Source: Bacillota bacterium (lineage in GTDB: Bacteria; Bacillota; Dethiobacteria; DTU022). Taken from it: 63,216 nt of DNA. The notes under the pieces are model-generated. The model saw only the letters and a program-made list of their open reading frames with translations, had not been told where the DNA came from and did no database searches. A program made the position numbers and the translations under genes. Each line of letters opens with the position of its first letter. Position 1 is the stretch's first letter. The stretch is from assembly GCA_012799185.1 (NCBI GenBank), contig JAAZLS010000009.1:1-63216 (forward strand), in the 5' to 3' direction. Positions 20,465 through 28,437 of the stretch are shown one piece after another.

Positions 20465-21091
20465 TTATACCTTTTGTTCTTTCTCAATTAGTTCCCGGTT
20501 GAGTTCAGCGAGACTCCGGCCCCGCTGCACCAGCTCCTCCATCTCTCGGGCCAGCTCCGACCGGACCACCTCGTCCTTGATCGAAGAGAGGTTTATCTGC
20601 ACATTATAGCAGGCCCCTCTAAGAGCGGCCCCGGCCAGGAGGTTTCCAACCCCGAGATCGGTTATGGCGGCCGGGTTTCCTTTTCCCAGGGCCTGTTTAC
20701 CCAGCTCCATTATCTCCAGGCAGTAGCGGGCGGTCTGCAGCGGTACCCGGGCCGCCCCGATGTAGGCGTTGCTGATGGCGAGGGAGCGTAATTTTTTCGC
20801 CTCACTGTTTTTCCGGGGTAGTCGATAGGCTTCCAACACCTGTTTAAAAGATTCACTATCCCGATCTACCGCCTCTACCAGGAGGAAGGCCAGCCGGCGG
20901 GCCCGGTCACTGATCTTCCCTAGCTCCTTTGCCGCTTCATATTTGGCCGGATCTAGGCTAAGGCGGCAGTACATAGAGACCAGGGCCGCCCCCTGGGCCC
21001 CGGTAAGGGCGGCACTGCTACCGCCGCCGGGGGCCGGCGACTCGGTAGCCAACTCGGTGACAAACTGTTTCAGCGTTAATTTTGTTAACAT
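20465..21091 (-). CDS. formiminotetrahydrofolate cyclodeaminase
   Basis: FV..LA...PAPGGGSSAALTGAQGAALVSM is the cyclodeaminase/cyclohydrolase (FTCD_C) motif. Confidence 0.82.
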   Translation of the reverse strand: MLTKLTLKQFVTELATESPAPGGGSSAALTGAQGAALVSMYCRLSLDPAKYEAAKELGKISDRARRLAFLLVEAVDRDSESFKQVLEAYRLPRKNSEAKKLRSLAISNAYIGAARVPLQTARYCLEIMELGKQALGKGNPAAITDLGVGNLLAGAALRGACYNVQINLSSIKDEVVRSELAREMEELVQRGRSLAELNRELIEKEQKV

Positions 21092-21186
21092 GTCGCTCCT
21101 TTTCTAACCGGCGGCAGTTAACAGAACTTCCACGGCAGTGAGCTCTATTACCACCGTGGAAGCATTGCCTTTCCGGTAATGCCGGA

Positions 21187-22842
21187 TTAATCCAGCATCG
21201 GTATTTTTAGATCTGTTTTCCGGGCGAAATCGCAGGCTTCCTTATAGCCGGCGTCAGCATGGCGCACGATGCCCATCCCCGGGTCGGTGGTAAGAACCCG
21301 CTGCAGGCGGGTGGCCGCAGCCGGCGTTCCATCGGCAACGATGACCATACCGGCATGCATGGAGTAGCCGATCCCGACACCACCCCCGTGATGAACCGAG
21401 ATCCAGGTAGCACCGCCAACCGCGTTGATTAAAGCATTCAAAATTGGCCAGTCGGCGATGGCATCGCTGCCGTCAAGCATCGATTCGGTCTCCCGGTTGG
21501 GGGAGGCGACAGAGCCACAGTCTAGGTGGTCGCGCCCGATAACGATCGGCGCCTTAATTTCACCCTTTGCTACCAGGTCGTTAATGATCCCGCCGAAACG
21601 GGCCCGTTCACCGTAGCCCAACCAGCAGATGCGGGAGGGGAGCCCCTGGTATTCAACCCTCTCCCCGGCCATTTTAATCCAGCGGGCCAGGTGTTCATCC
21701 TCGCCGAACTCTTCTAGGATAACCTGGTCGGTGCGGGCAATATCGGCCGGATCTCCCGAGAGGGCTACCCAGCGGAAGGGGCCCTTTCCTTCGCAGAAGA
21801 GGGGCCGGATATAGGCGGGGACGAAGCCGGGGAAATTAAAGGCCTCCTTAAAGCCCTCCTCAAAGGCTACCTGGCGGATATTATTGCCGTAATCAAATAC
21901 AATGGAGCCAGCCTCTTGTAGCTCGGTCATTGCCCGTACATGTTCAACGATCCCGGCCCGGGCCATTTCTTGGTAGCGATTCGGGTTTTCCCGGCGCAGG
22001 CTAAGCGCCCCTTCTAACCCAATCCCCGGGGGCACATAACCCTGCAGGGTATCGTGGGCGGAGGTCTGGTCGGTAACTACCTCCGGCACAACACCGCGCC
22101 GTACTATTTCGGGAAATACCTCGGCTGCATTACCAAGGAGAGCAATCGATAGGGGCTTTCCTTCCCGGCAAGCCTTCTCGGCCAGCGAGAGGGCATGGTC
22201 CAGATCGTCGGCTAAAATATCACAGTAGCGGGTAGCCAGGCGCCGCTCGATGCGTACCGGATCTACCTCTACGGCGATTACAACCCCGTCGTTCATCGTT
22301 ACCGCCAGGGGTTGGGCTCCGCCCATGCCGCCCAGCCCGGCAGTAAGGGTAAGCCTGCCTTTTAGGGTGCCATTAAAATGCTTTCGGGCCAGGGAGCCGA
22401 AGGTCTCATAGGTTCCCTGAAGAATACCCTGGGTACCGATATAGATCCAACTGCCGGCGGTCATTTGGCCGAACATGATCAGACCCTTATCCTCCAGGTC
22501 ACGGAAATATTCCCAGGTGGCCCAGTGGGGGACCAGGAGGGAGTTAGCCAGGATAACCCGCGGTGCATCGGGATGGGATTTAAAAACGCCTACCGGCTTA
22601 CCCGATTGTACGAGCATAGTTTCGTCGCCCTCCAGTTCCCGCAGGGTTCTAACCAGGGCATCGTAACATTCCCAATTACGGGCTGCCTTACCGCTACCAC
22701 CGTAAACAATAAGTTCCTCCGGTTTCTCCGCCACCTCCGGATCCAGGTTATTCATTAGCATCCGTAGGGCCGCCTCTTGCTGCCACCCCTTACAGCTAAT
22801 CCCTGTACCTCGCGGAGCCCGGATAACCCTTTTAGTCATCAC
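21187..22842 (-). CDS. hutU: urocanate hydratase
   Basis: A 551-aa protein with IRAPRG...[20 protein letters not shown] and [12 protein letters not shown], matching the urocanase family along its full length. Confidence 0.96.
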   Translation of the reverse strand: MMTKRVIRAPRGTGISCKGWQQEAALRMLMNNLDPEVAEKPEELIVYGGSGKAARNWECYDALVRTLRELEGDETMLVQSGKPVGVFKSHPDAPRVILANSLLVPHWATWEYFRDLEDKGLIMFGQMTAGSWIYIGTQGILQGTYETFGSLARKHFNGTLKGRLTLTAGLGGMGGAQPLAVTMNDGVVIAVEVDPVRIERRLATRYCDILADDLDHALSLAEKACREGKPLSIALLGNAAEVFPEIVRRGVVPEVVTDQTSAHDTLQGYVPPGIGLEGALSLRRENPNRYQEMARAGIVEHVRAMTELQEAGSIVFDYGNNIRQVAFEEGFKEAFNFPGFVPAYIRPLFCEGKGPFRWVALSGDPADIARTDQVILEEFGEDEHLARWIKMAGERVEYQGLPSRICWLGYGERARFGGIINDLVAKGEIKAPIVIGRDHLDCGSVASPNRETESMLDGSDAIADWPILNALINAVGGATWISVHHGGGVGIGYSMHAGMVIVADGTPAAATRLQRVLTTDPGMGIVRHADAGYKEACDFARKTDLKIPMLD

Positions 22843-22876
22843 CTTTTACCTCCCGCTAACAAGATATTTAGTAATT

Positions 22877-23314
22877 TTAAAGATGATTGATCCCCAATCC
22901 GATAGTTTCGTGTTCGTACCCTTTTATCGGTGCCCCGATGGTCCCGTAAAGAACTACAGCCAGCCACCGGCCATCATCCCGCTGTTCGATGGTACGCGGC
23001 CCGGAGACCACGGTAAAAATTAGGCCTACGGTACGTAATACATCGCCCAATCCCAATTGACCGCGGCAAATACCGACATAGGCCTCCATGGTGGCATGGT
23101 AGAGCGCATGTTTATCCCGGTAGTAATCCCGGCGGACCAACTTTTCCCGCAGGGCCGCCGTTTCAACAGCGGCAAAAATTTTCTCCGTATTCATAGAGCC
23201 GACCCGCCCCTTGAGAAGGAGATAGCCATTTTTAGTTGCCCCGTCGCGAATGGCCTCTTCTGCCTCTCCGCTGGTTAGGGCAAACATCAGGGCAATCTTG
23301 CCCAAGGATTTCAT
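22877..23314 (-). CDS. hutP: hut operon RNA-binding antiterminator HutP
   Basis: GSM....AA.ETA, HALYHATMEA, LRTVGL.F.V and YGTIGAPIKG.EHET.G.GINH closely match the B. subtilis HutP signature segments. Confidence 0.88.
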   Translation of the reverse strand: MKSLGKIALMFALTSGEAEEAIRDGATKNGYLLLKGRVGSMNTEKIFAAVETAALREKLVRRDYYRDKHALYHATMEAYVGICRGQLGLGDVLRTVGLIFTVVSGPRTIEQRDDGRWLAVVLYGTIGAPIKGYEHETIGLGINHL

Positions 23315-23422
23315 TATAAACCTCCAAAGATTATAGTTTATTGACCCCTTTTATTTAATATTCTATCAACGACCGGCTTTTTCCTTCGGTAGCATTTCTT
23401 TATATTGGTTGAATCCTTTTAG

Positions 23423-24976
23423 CTAAAAATTTAAAGGGACAATCGGTTCTATTTCGTCTACCAGGTGATTACCTGTAATTAGTGCCACGGCAGCCTCGAT
23501 TAAAGGATAGAGGATACAGTCTTCTTTAATAAAGGGAACCTTTTCCCGCAGTAGCCGGTAGGCCGGGGCGGTACCCCGTCCTAAAATAGTGTCACCCTTG
23601 AAATCAACGGCCTGGCCCGCCACCAGGAGCTCTATTCCCAGGATCCGGCCAACATTTTCTACCACCCGGCGGGCTTTGCGGGCGGCGGTCGTCCCCATGC
23701 TCACATGATCCTCCTGGTTCGCCGAGGAAGGGATGGAGTCGACGCTTGCCGGATGGCAGAGAACCTTATTTTCACTAACCAGGGAGGCAGCCGTATACTG
23801 GGCGATCATGAAGCCGGAGTTGAGGCCTCCCCCTTCGATGAGGAAGGGCGGTAGGCCGCTTAGGGTAGGATTGACCAGGCGTTCAATACGACGTTCGGCG
23901 ATATTACCCAGCTCCGCCACCGCCATGGCGAGAAAATCAAGGGCCTGGGCTACCGGTTGACCGTGGAAATTTCCCCCGGAGAGAACTCTTCCTTCATCGA
24001 CAAAAAGCAAGGGATTATCGTTAACCGAATTTGCCTCTATCTCTATAATTTTGCGAACATAGTTAAGGGCATCACCGGCGGCTCCGTGAACCTGGGGAAT
24101 ACAGCGAAGGCTATAGGCATCCTGTACTTTATCCTTATCACTGCCTACCAGGCTACTCCCCTCTAAAAGAGAGAGGAGGTTTGAGGCCACCAGCCGGTGA
24201 CCCCGGTGGGGGCGCACCCGGGCAATAAGAGGATCGAAAGCATCGGGCACCGCCTGCAGCGCCTCCAGGGTGAGGGAGGCGACAATCAGGGATGATTTAA
24301 GGAGATTAATCGCATCGTAGGTGGCCAAAGAGCCGAGAGCGGTCATAATCTGGGTCCCGTTAATTAAAGCCAGCCCTTCTTTCTCCCATAGTTCCAGCGG
24401 TTTTAAGCCGGCCCGGTATAAGGCTTCGGCGCCGCTGATCCGCTTTCCCCGGTAATAGGCCTCACCCTGGCCAGTTAAAACCAAGGCCAGATGAGCGAGG
24501 GGCGCCAGGTCACCGCTGGCACCCAGTGATCCCTGGCAAGGGACCACGGGGATAACCCCTTTATTGAGAAGATTGACCAGGTGCTCCACCAGGCGAGGTC
24601 TTACACCGGAACAGCCATGGGCCAGGGCATTGAGTCGAAGGAGCATGGCACCCCGGACCACCTCTTCGGGAAAGGGTTCCCCCAACGCTGCAGCATGGCT
24701 GGCAATTAGATTCTTTTGTAACTGGATCGCATTCTCCTTGGAGATAACGACATCGCTAAAGCGGCCAAAACCGGTAGTAATTCCATAAACCACCCGTTCT
24801 TCCTGGACAAGCTTTTCCAGCATGGCCCGGGAGGCCTTAATCCGTTCCAGGGACTCGGGGTGAAGTTTCACCTCCCGGTGACGGCGGGTTACGGAGGCAA
24901 TGGTCTCCAGGGTTAAATTGTCTCCATCGATCATCACGGGACCGGCAGGTCTATTGCAGTTTTCAATGCTATTCAT
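23423..24976 (-). CDS. hutH: histidine ammonia-lyase
   Basis: The MIO-forming ASGDLAPL motif (SLGASGDLAPLAHL), NGTQ and QEDHVSMG are present. The start is set at the ATG at 24976, preceded by AAGGAGGG; the 23 upstream codons in the ORF track overlap the leader terminator. Confidence 0.94.
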   Translation of the reverse strand: MNSIENCNRPAGPVMIDGDNLTLETIASVTRRHREVKLHPESLERIKASRAMLEKLVQEERVVYGITTGFGRFSDVVISKENAIQLQKNLIASHAAALGEPFPEEVVRGAMLLRLNALAHGCSGVRPRLVEHLVNLLNKGVIPVVPCQGSLGASGDLAPLAHLALVLTGQGEAYYRGKRISGAEALYRAGLKPLELWEKEGLALINGTQIMTALGSLATYDAINLLKSSLIVASLTLEALQAVPDAFDPLIARVRPHRGHRLVASNLLSLLEGSSLVGSDKDKVQDAYSLRCIPQVHGAAGDALNYVRKIIEIEANSVNDNPLLFVDEGRVLSGGNFHGQPVAQALDFLAMAVAELGNIAERRIERLVNPTLSGLPPFLIEGGGLNSGFMIAQYTAASLVSENKVLCHPASVDSIPSSANQEDHVSMGTTAARKARRVVENVGRILGIELLVAGQAVDFKGDTILGRGTAPAYRLLREKVPFIKEDCILYPLIEAAVALITGNHLVDEIEPIVPLNF

Positions 24977-24997
24977 TGGCCAAACCCTCCTTAAGAT

Positions 24998-25030
24998 AAA
25001 AATGAGCACGCAGGTAAAGACCCCGTGCTC
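24998..25030 (-). terminator. intrinsic terminator (attenuator) in hutH leader
   Basis: The minus-strand RNA reads GAGCACG-ggggucuuuaccug-CGUGCUC-A-UUUUU, a 7-bp stem followed by a U-run. It lies 21 nt upstream of the hutH ATG. Confidence 0.75.
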
Positions 25031-25031
25031 C

Positions 25032-25048
25032 CTAATCTCTAGCAACTA
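25032..25048 (-). promoter_or_regulatory. HutP binding site: UAG-N4-UAG-N4-UAG
   Basis: The minus-strand RNA reads caUAGuugcUAGagauUAGgGAGCACG. The three UAG triplets have 4-nt spacers (CTA at 25046-48, 25039-41 and 25032-34 on the plus strand) and directly abut the 5' arm of the terminator. Confidence 0.75.
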
Positions 25049-25078
25049 TGAGACACATGAGAAAAGTTATCCAATTTC

Positions 25079-25107
25079 ATATTAGGTTATTCCCGCCGGA
25101 CTGTCAA
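25079..25107 (-). promoter_or_regulatory. sigma-A type promoter of hut operon
   Basis: Minus strand: TTGACA (25107-25102), a 17-nt spacer, then TAATAT (25084-25079). Confidence 0.6.
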
Positions 25108-25154
25108 CCGTATTCCCAGGTGGTTATCTTTGTTCAGAAATATCGACCGGTCGT

Positions 25155-26693
25155 CTATTCTGGCTGGTTATGGTTGACCCCGTTGATTTTTAAAAGCTTG
25201 TTGAGACCGTCCAGGTATGCCTTCACGCTGGCCTCGACAATGTCGGTGCTAGTCCCCCGGCCGGTAATGGTTTTCTGTTTGCTTAACGACATGTTGAGCG
25301 ATACCTCTCCCAGGGCATCACGGCCCCGGGTCACCGCCCGCAACCGGTAGTTGTCCAGGAGGATATCGAGGCCGGCAATCTTGTTGATTGCATTGAAGGC
25401 GGCATCGATGGGACCCGAACCGACAGCCATCTCCTCAATTAATTCACCGTCATCCCGGATTAGCCGGATTACCGCTACCGGGATACTCTTGCTACCGCTG
25501 ACGGTCTGCAGGTAATCCAACCGGTAGGTCGGCTCGGCGGCGAAAAGAAAGTCGATGGCCAATGCCTCTAGATCCTCCAGGTAGACCTCTTTTTTCTTAT
25601 CAGCCAGCTCCAAATAGCGAGTATACAGCGTTTCCAGCTGTTCCTCCTCCAAGGTAAACCCTAACCGTTCCAGCTGGTGCTTAACGGCGTGACGCCCAGA
25701 GCGGGCGGTTAAAATCATCTGGGCCGCCTTGCCGCCGATAAGCTCGGCATCAATTATCTCGTAGGTTTCTTTATGTTTTAAAACCCCGTCCTGGTGAATC
25801 CCCGAGGAGTGGGCAAAGGCATTGACCCCGATTACCGCTTTGTTCATCGGGACCGGGATGCCGGTCAGCTTGCTTACAAGCCGGCTGGTACGATAAATCT
25901 CCTGTAGATTTAAGCCGGTATAGAAAGGATAATGGGACTTTTTAAGATAGAGGGCCACGGCGATCTCCTCCAGGGCGGCGTTACCTGCCCTTTCCCCGAT
26001 CCCGTTAATATTGCACTCTACCTGGCGGGCGCCATTTTCGATCGCCGCCAGGGAGTTGGCTACCGCCAGGCCCAGATCGTTGTGGCAATGCACACTTAGG
26101 GTCACCCGCTCCATTCCGGGGATATTTTCCCTTAGGCGCCGGATCAGTGCCCCGAACTCTTCCGGGAGGGCATAGCCCACGGTATCGGGAATATTGATCA
26201 CCGTCGCCCCGGCCTCGATAACCTGTTCCAAAAGGCGATAGAGATATTGTTCGTCGGAGCGGGTGGCATCCTCAGGGGAGTATTCGATATCGGAGGTAAA
26301 TTTTTTAGCGTATTTTACCGCCTCTACCGCCTGGTGTAGACAGGCCTCTGGATCCTGTTTCAACTTATAGCGCATATGGATCGGCGAGGAGGCGAGAAAA
26401 ACATGAATTCGGGGATGTTCCGCATCCTTAATTGCTTCCCAGGCGGAATCAATATCGCCCGGTAAACAGCGGGCCAAGGCACAGATTGCCGGCCCTTTAA
26501 CCTGGCGGGAGATCTCTCTGACCGCCTTAAATTCACCGGGGGAGGATATGGGGAAGCCGGCTTCAATTACATCTACCTTTAACCGGGCCAGCTGGCGGGC
26601 TACCTCCAATTTTTCATCGAAGTTCAGGCGAGCCCCGGGGGTCTGCTCACCATCCCGCAGAGTACTATCAAAGATATAAATTTTATTACTCAT
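25155..26693 (-). CDS. leuA: 2-isopropylmalate synthase
   Basis: DSTLRDGEQTPG and HCHNDLGLAVANSLAA are present, and the C-terminal LeuA allosteric domain is present (512 aa). Confidence 0.93.
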   Translation of the reverse strand: MSNKIYIFDSTLRDGEQTPGARLNFDEKLEVARQLARLKVDVIEAGFPISSPGEFKAVREISRQVKGPAICALARCLPGDIDSAWEAIKDAEHPRIHVFLASSPIHMRYKLKQDPEACLHQAVEAVKYAKKFTSDIEYSPEDATRSDEQYLYRLLEQVIEAGATVINIPDTVGYALPEEFGALIRRLRENIPGMERVTLSVHCHNDLGLAVANSLAAIENGARQVECNINGIGERAGNAALEEIAVALYLKKSHYPFYTGLNLQEIYRTSRLVSKLTGIPVPMNKAVIGVNAFAHSSGIHQDGVLKHKETYEIIDAELIGGKAAQMILTARSGRHAVKHQLERLGFTLEEEQLETLYTRYLELADKKKEVYLEDLEALAIDFLFAAEPTYRLDYLQTVSGSKSIPVAVIRLIRDDGELIEEMAVGSGPIDAAFNAINKIAGLDILLDNYRLRAVTRGRDALGEVSLNMSLSKQKTITGRGTSTDIVEASVKAYLDGLNKLLKINGVNHNQPE

Positions 26694-26712
26694 GTTCGCA
26701 TATACCTCCTTT

Positions 26713-26970
26713 AAAAAATAAAGCCTTTCATCAAAGAGACGAAAGGCTGTTTTCGCGGTACCACTCTTTTTGTAATTAAAACATTAATTACCCGCTTGTT
26801 TGTGATAACGGTTCAATACCGGCCGCGCTTAATCTGGTTATTACCATTTCGGGCGGCAGCTCCCGGAGGAGTTTGCTTAAGCCCCCCTGCCGCCTTGCAC
26901 CAGCCGGCGGCTCGCTGTAAAGGCAGCTTAAGCTACTGGTTCCGATCCTGACCTGTTCTAAAGATAAATG
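26713..26970 (-). promoter_or_regulatory. T-box riboswitch leader of leuA
   Basis: The minus-strand RNA contains the T-box core AGAGUGGUACCGCG (26754-26766). It is followed by the terminator AGCCUUUC-gucucuuugau-GAAAGGCU-UUAUUUUUU (26713-26748). The upstream Stem-I-like region has an AGUA motif, a distal loop GGCUGGUGCAA and CUU/CUC (Leu) triplets. Confidence 0.8.
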
Positions 26971-26977
26971 TAGAACC

Positions 26978-27006
26978 ACTATATGAAAGAACTGTCGGTT
27001 TGTCAA
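26978..27006 (-). promoter_or_regulatory. promoter of leuA T-box leader
   Basis: Minus strand: TTGACA (27006-27001), a 17-nt spacer, then TATAGT (26983-26978). Confidence 0.6.
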
Positions 27007-27053
27007 CCGGTTTCAACAAAATCGAGGAAGAAAGCCTCGGTCCCGCCCGTCGA

Positions 27054-27093
27054 TTGACAGCCCTTAACCGGTGTTGTTATACTTGTCCCAAGT
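27054..27093 (+). promoter_or_regulatory. promoter plus palindromic operator of the cbpA/dnaJ-hspR-clpB operon
   Basis: TTGACA (27054-27059), an 18-nt spacer, then TATACT (27078-27083). The -10 overlaps the perfect inverted repeat ACTTG-tcc-CAAGT (27081-27093). Confidence 0.5.
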
Positions 27094-27126
27094 GAAAGTC
27101 AATTCCCATTAGGGGGGCTGGAGAAG

Positions 27127-28149
27127 ATGCCGGTTCACTTTCAGGACTATTACGAGCTACTGGGACTTAAACGAGACGCCAGTGAGAAAGAGATTAAATC
27201 GGCCTACCGCCGGCTGGCCCGAAAATGGCACCCCGACCTGCGCCCAGAGGATGAAAAGGAAGAGGCAGCCAAACAGTTTAAACGGGTTAACGAAGCCTAC
27301 GAGGTTCTTAAAGATCCAGAGAAAAGGGCCCGCTACGACCGTTTGGGTAAGGATTGGGAGCATGGTCAGGATTTCCAACCGCCGCCCGACATGGAGGGTT
27401 TCCATTTCCATGACACCGGCGGTGATTTCGAGGGCGGTTTTAGCGATTTCTTTGAGATGCTTTTCGGGGGCGGCCGGGGTCGGACCGGGACCATGGGGAG
27501 AGATTTTCACGCCGCGGGCGGTTTCCAAGCGGCTACTGTCCGGGGCCCCGATGGAGAGAGTGAAATTGAATTGACCCTGGAGGAGGCCTACCGGGGAACC
27601 TCCCGTCTGCTACGGGTAGCCAGCGGTTCCATCTGCCCCGACTGTGGTGGACTTGGCCGGAGTGGGAGGGATTTTTGCCCCCGCTGCGGCGGAACCGGCG
27701 AGATAGCGAAGGAGAAAACCCTGGAGGTAACTATTCCAGCCGGGGTTAAAGAAGGGAGCCGCATCCGCCTCAAGGGGCAGGGCGGCGAAGGGTTGGGGGG
27801 CGGGCCCCCGGGGGATCTTTACTTAAAGGTTCGACTGTTACCCCACCGCCATTTTCATCTAAAGGACCGGGATATTGAAAGCGAAGTTCGCCTCCGACCG
27901 GAGCAGGCAGCCCTGGGGGACCGGGTCACCGTCCTTACCCTGGACGGCCCGGTGGAGGTAACGGTACCCCCCGGAAGCGGCTGCGGCCGCAAATTGCGGC
28001 TCAAGGGGAAGGGGTTCCCGGTACCGGGTGGAGGGCGGGGCCATCAGTATGTACAGGTGTTAATTGATATCCCGTCGCCCCTAAGCGAAGAGGAACGGGA
28101 ACTTTACCGACAGTTACAGGAGTTACGAAAGGGGAGGGAGCGGAAGTGA
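27127..28149 (+). CDS. J-domain co-chaperone (DnaJ/CbpA-like, single zinc centre)
   Basis: A J domain (DYYELLGL...[11 protein letters not shown]), a G/F-rich linker, only two CxxCxGxG motifs ([16 protein letters not shown]), and DnaJ C-terminal beta domains. Confidence 0.85.
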   Translation: MPVHFQDYYELLGLKRDASEKEIKSAYRRLARKWHPDLRPEDEKEEAAKQFKRVNEAYEVLKDPEKRARYDRLGKDWEHGQDFQPPPDMEGFHFHDTGGDFEGGFSDFFEMLFGGGRGRTGTMGRDFHAAGGFQAATVRGPDGESEIELTLEEAYRGTSRLLRVASGSICPDCGGLGRSGRDFCPRCGGTGEIAKEKTLEVTIPAGVKEGSRIRLKGQGGEGLGGGPPGDLYLKVRLLPHRHFHLKDRDIESEVRLRPEQAALGDRVTVLTLDGPVEVTVPPGSGCGRKLRLKGKGFPVPGGGRGHQYVQVLIDIPSPLSEEERELYRQLQELRKGRERK

Positions 28150-28430
28150 AACTAATCCGGGTCTGCTACGAGGATTATAGTGGCAAGGAAAAGGTCTGCA
28201 TCGATACCCTGGAGCTACATCCCGCCCAGATTGAGCGCTTCCGGGTCCTGGGGATGATCGCACCGGAGGGGGACCAGGTTAGCCTGGAGGAGCTGCGGCG
28301 CCTTCGCAAGGCACTGCGCCTACATCGATCCCTGGGGGTGAACCTGGCCGGAGCGGCAGTAATTCTCGACCTTTTAGAGCGGATTGAAAACCTGGAAGAT
28401 GAGATAAGGATACTCAAGAAAGGCCGGTGA
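28146..28430 (+). CDS. MerR-type heat-shock regulator / chaperone modulator (HspR/CbpM-like)
   Basis: A 94-aa protein with [32 protein letters not shown], typical of HspR/CbpM. It overlaps the dnaJ-like stop and precedes clpB. Confidence 0.6.
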   Translation: MKLIRVCYEDYSGKEKVCIDTLELHPAQIERFRVLGMIAPEGDQVSLEELRRLRKALRLHRSLGVNLAGAAVILDLLERIENLEDEIRILKKGR

Positions 28431-28437
28431 GAGATTG

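Noticed and set aside
24977-25045. A 23-codon N-terminal extension of hutH in the ORF track (MLEIREHGVFTCVLIFILRRVWP).
   Set aside because: The extension is the translated terminator hairpin and U-tract of the leader. A strong SD (AAGGAGGG) precedes the internal ATG at 24976, after which the sequence matches HAL N-termini.
25049-25078. A second HutP UAG triad upstream or within the hutH terminator, as in the B. subtilis two-site model.
   Set aside because: I scanned the leader from the predicted TSS to the ATG and found no further UAG-N4-UAG-N4-UAG or NAG equivalent.
26788-27006. A 72-aa minus-strand ORF upstream of leuA.
   Set aside because: It lies entirely within the T-box leader RNA, has no SD and has an implausible composition.
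27023-27040. The hairpin CGAGG-aagaaag-CCTCG between the divergent leuA and dnaJ-like promoters, as a possible regulatory element.
   Set aside because: It is a short 5-bp stem lying upstream of both -35 boxes, with no recognisable operator consensus. It is probably fortuitous.
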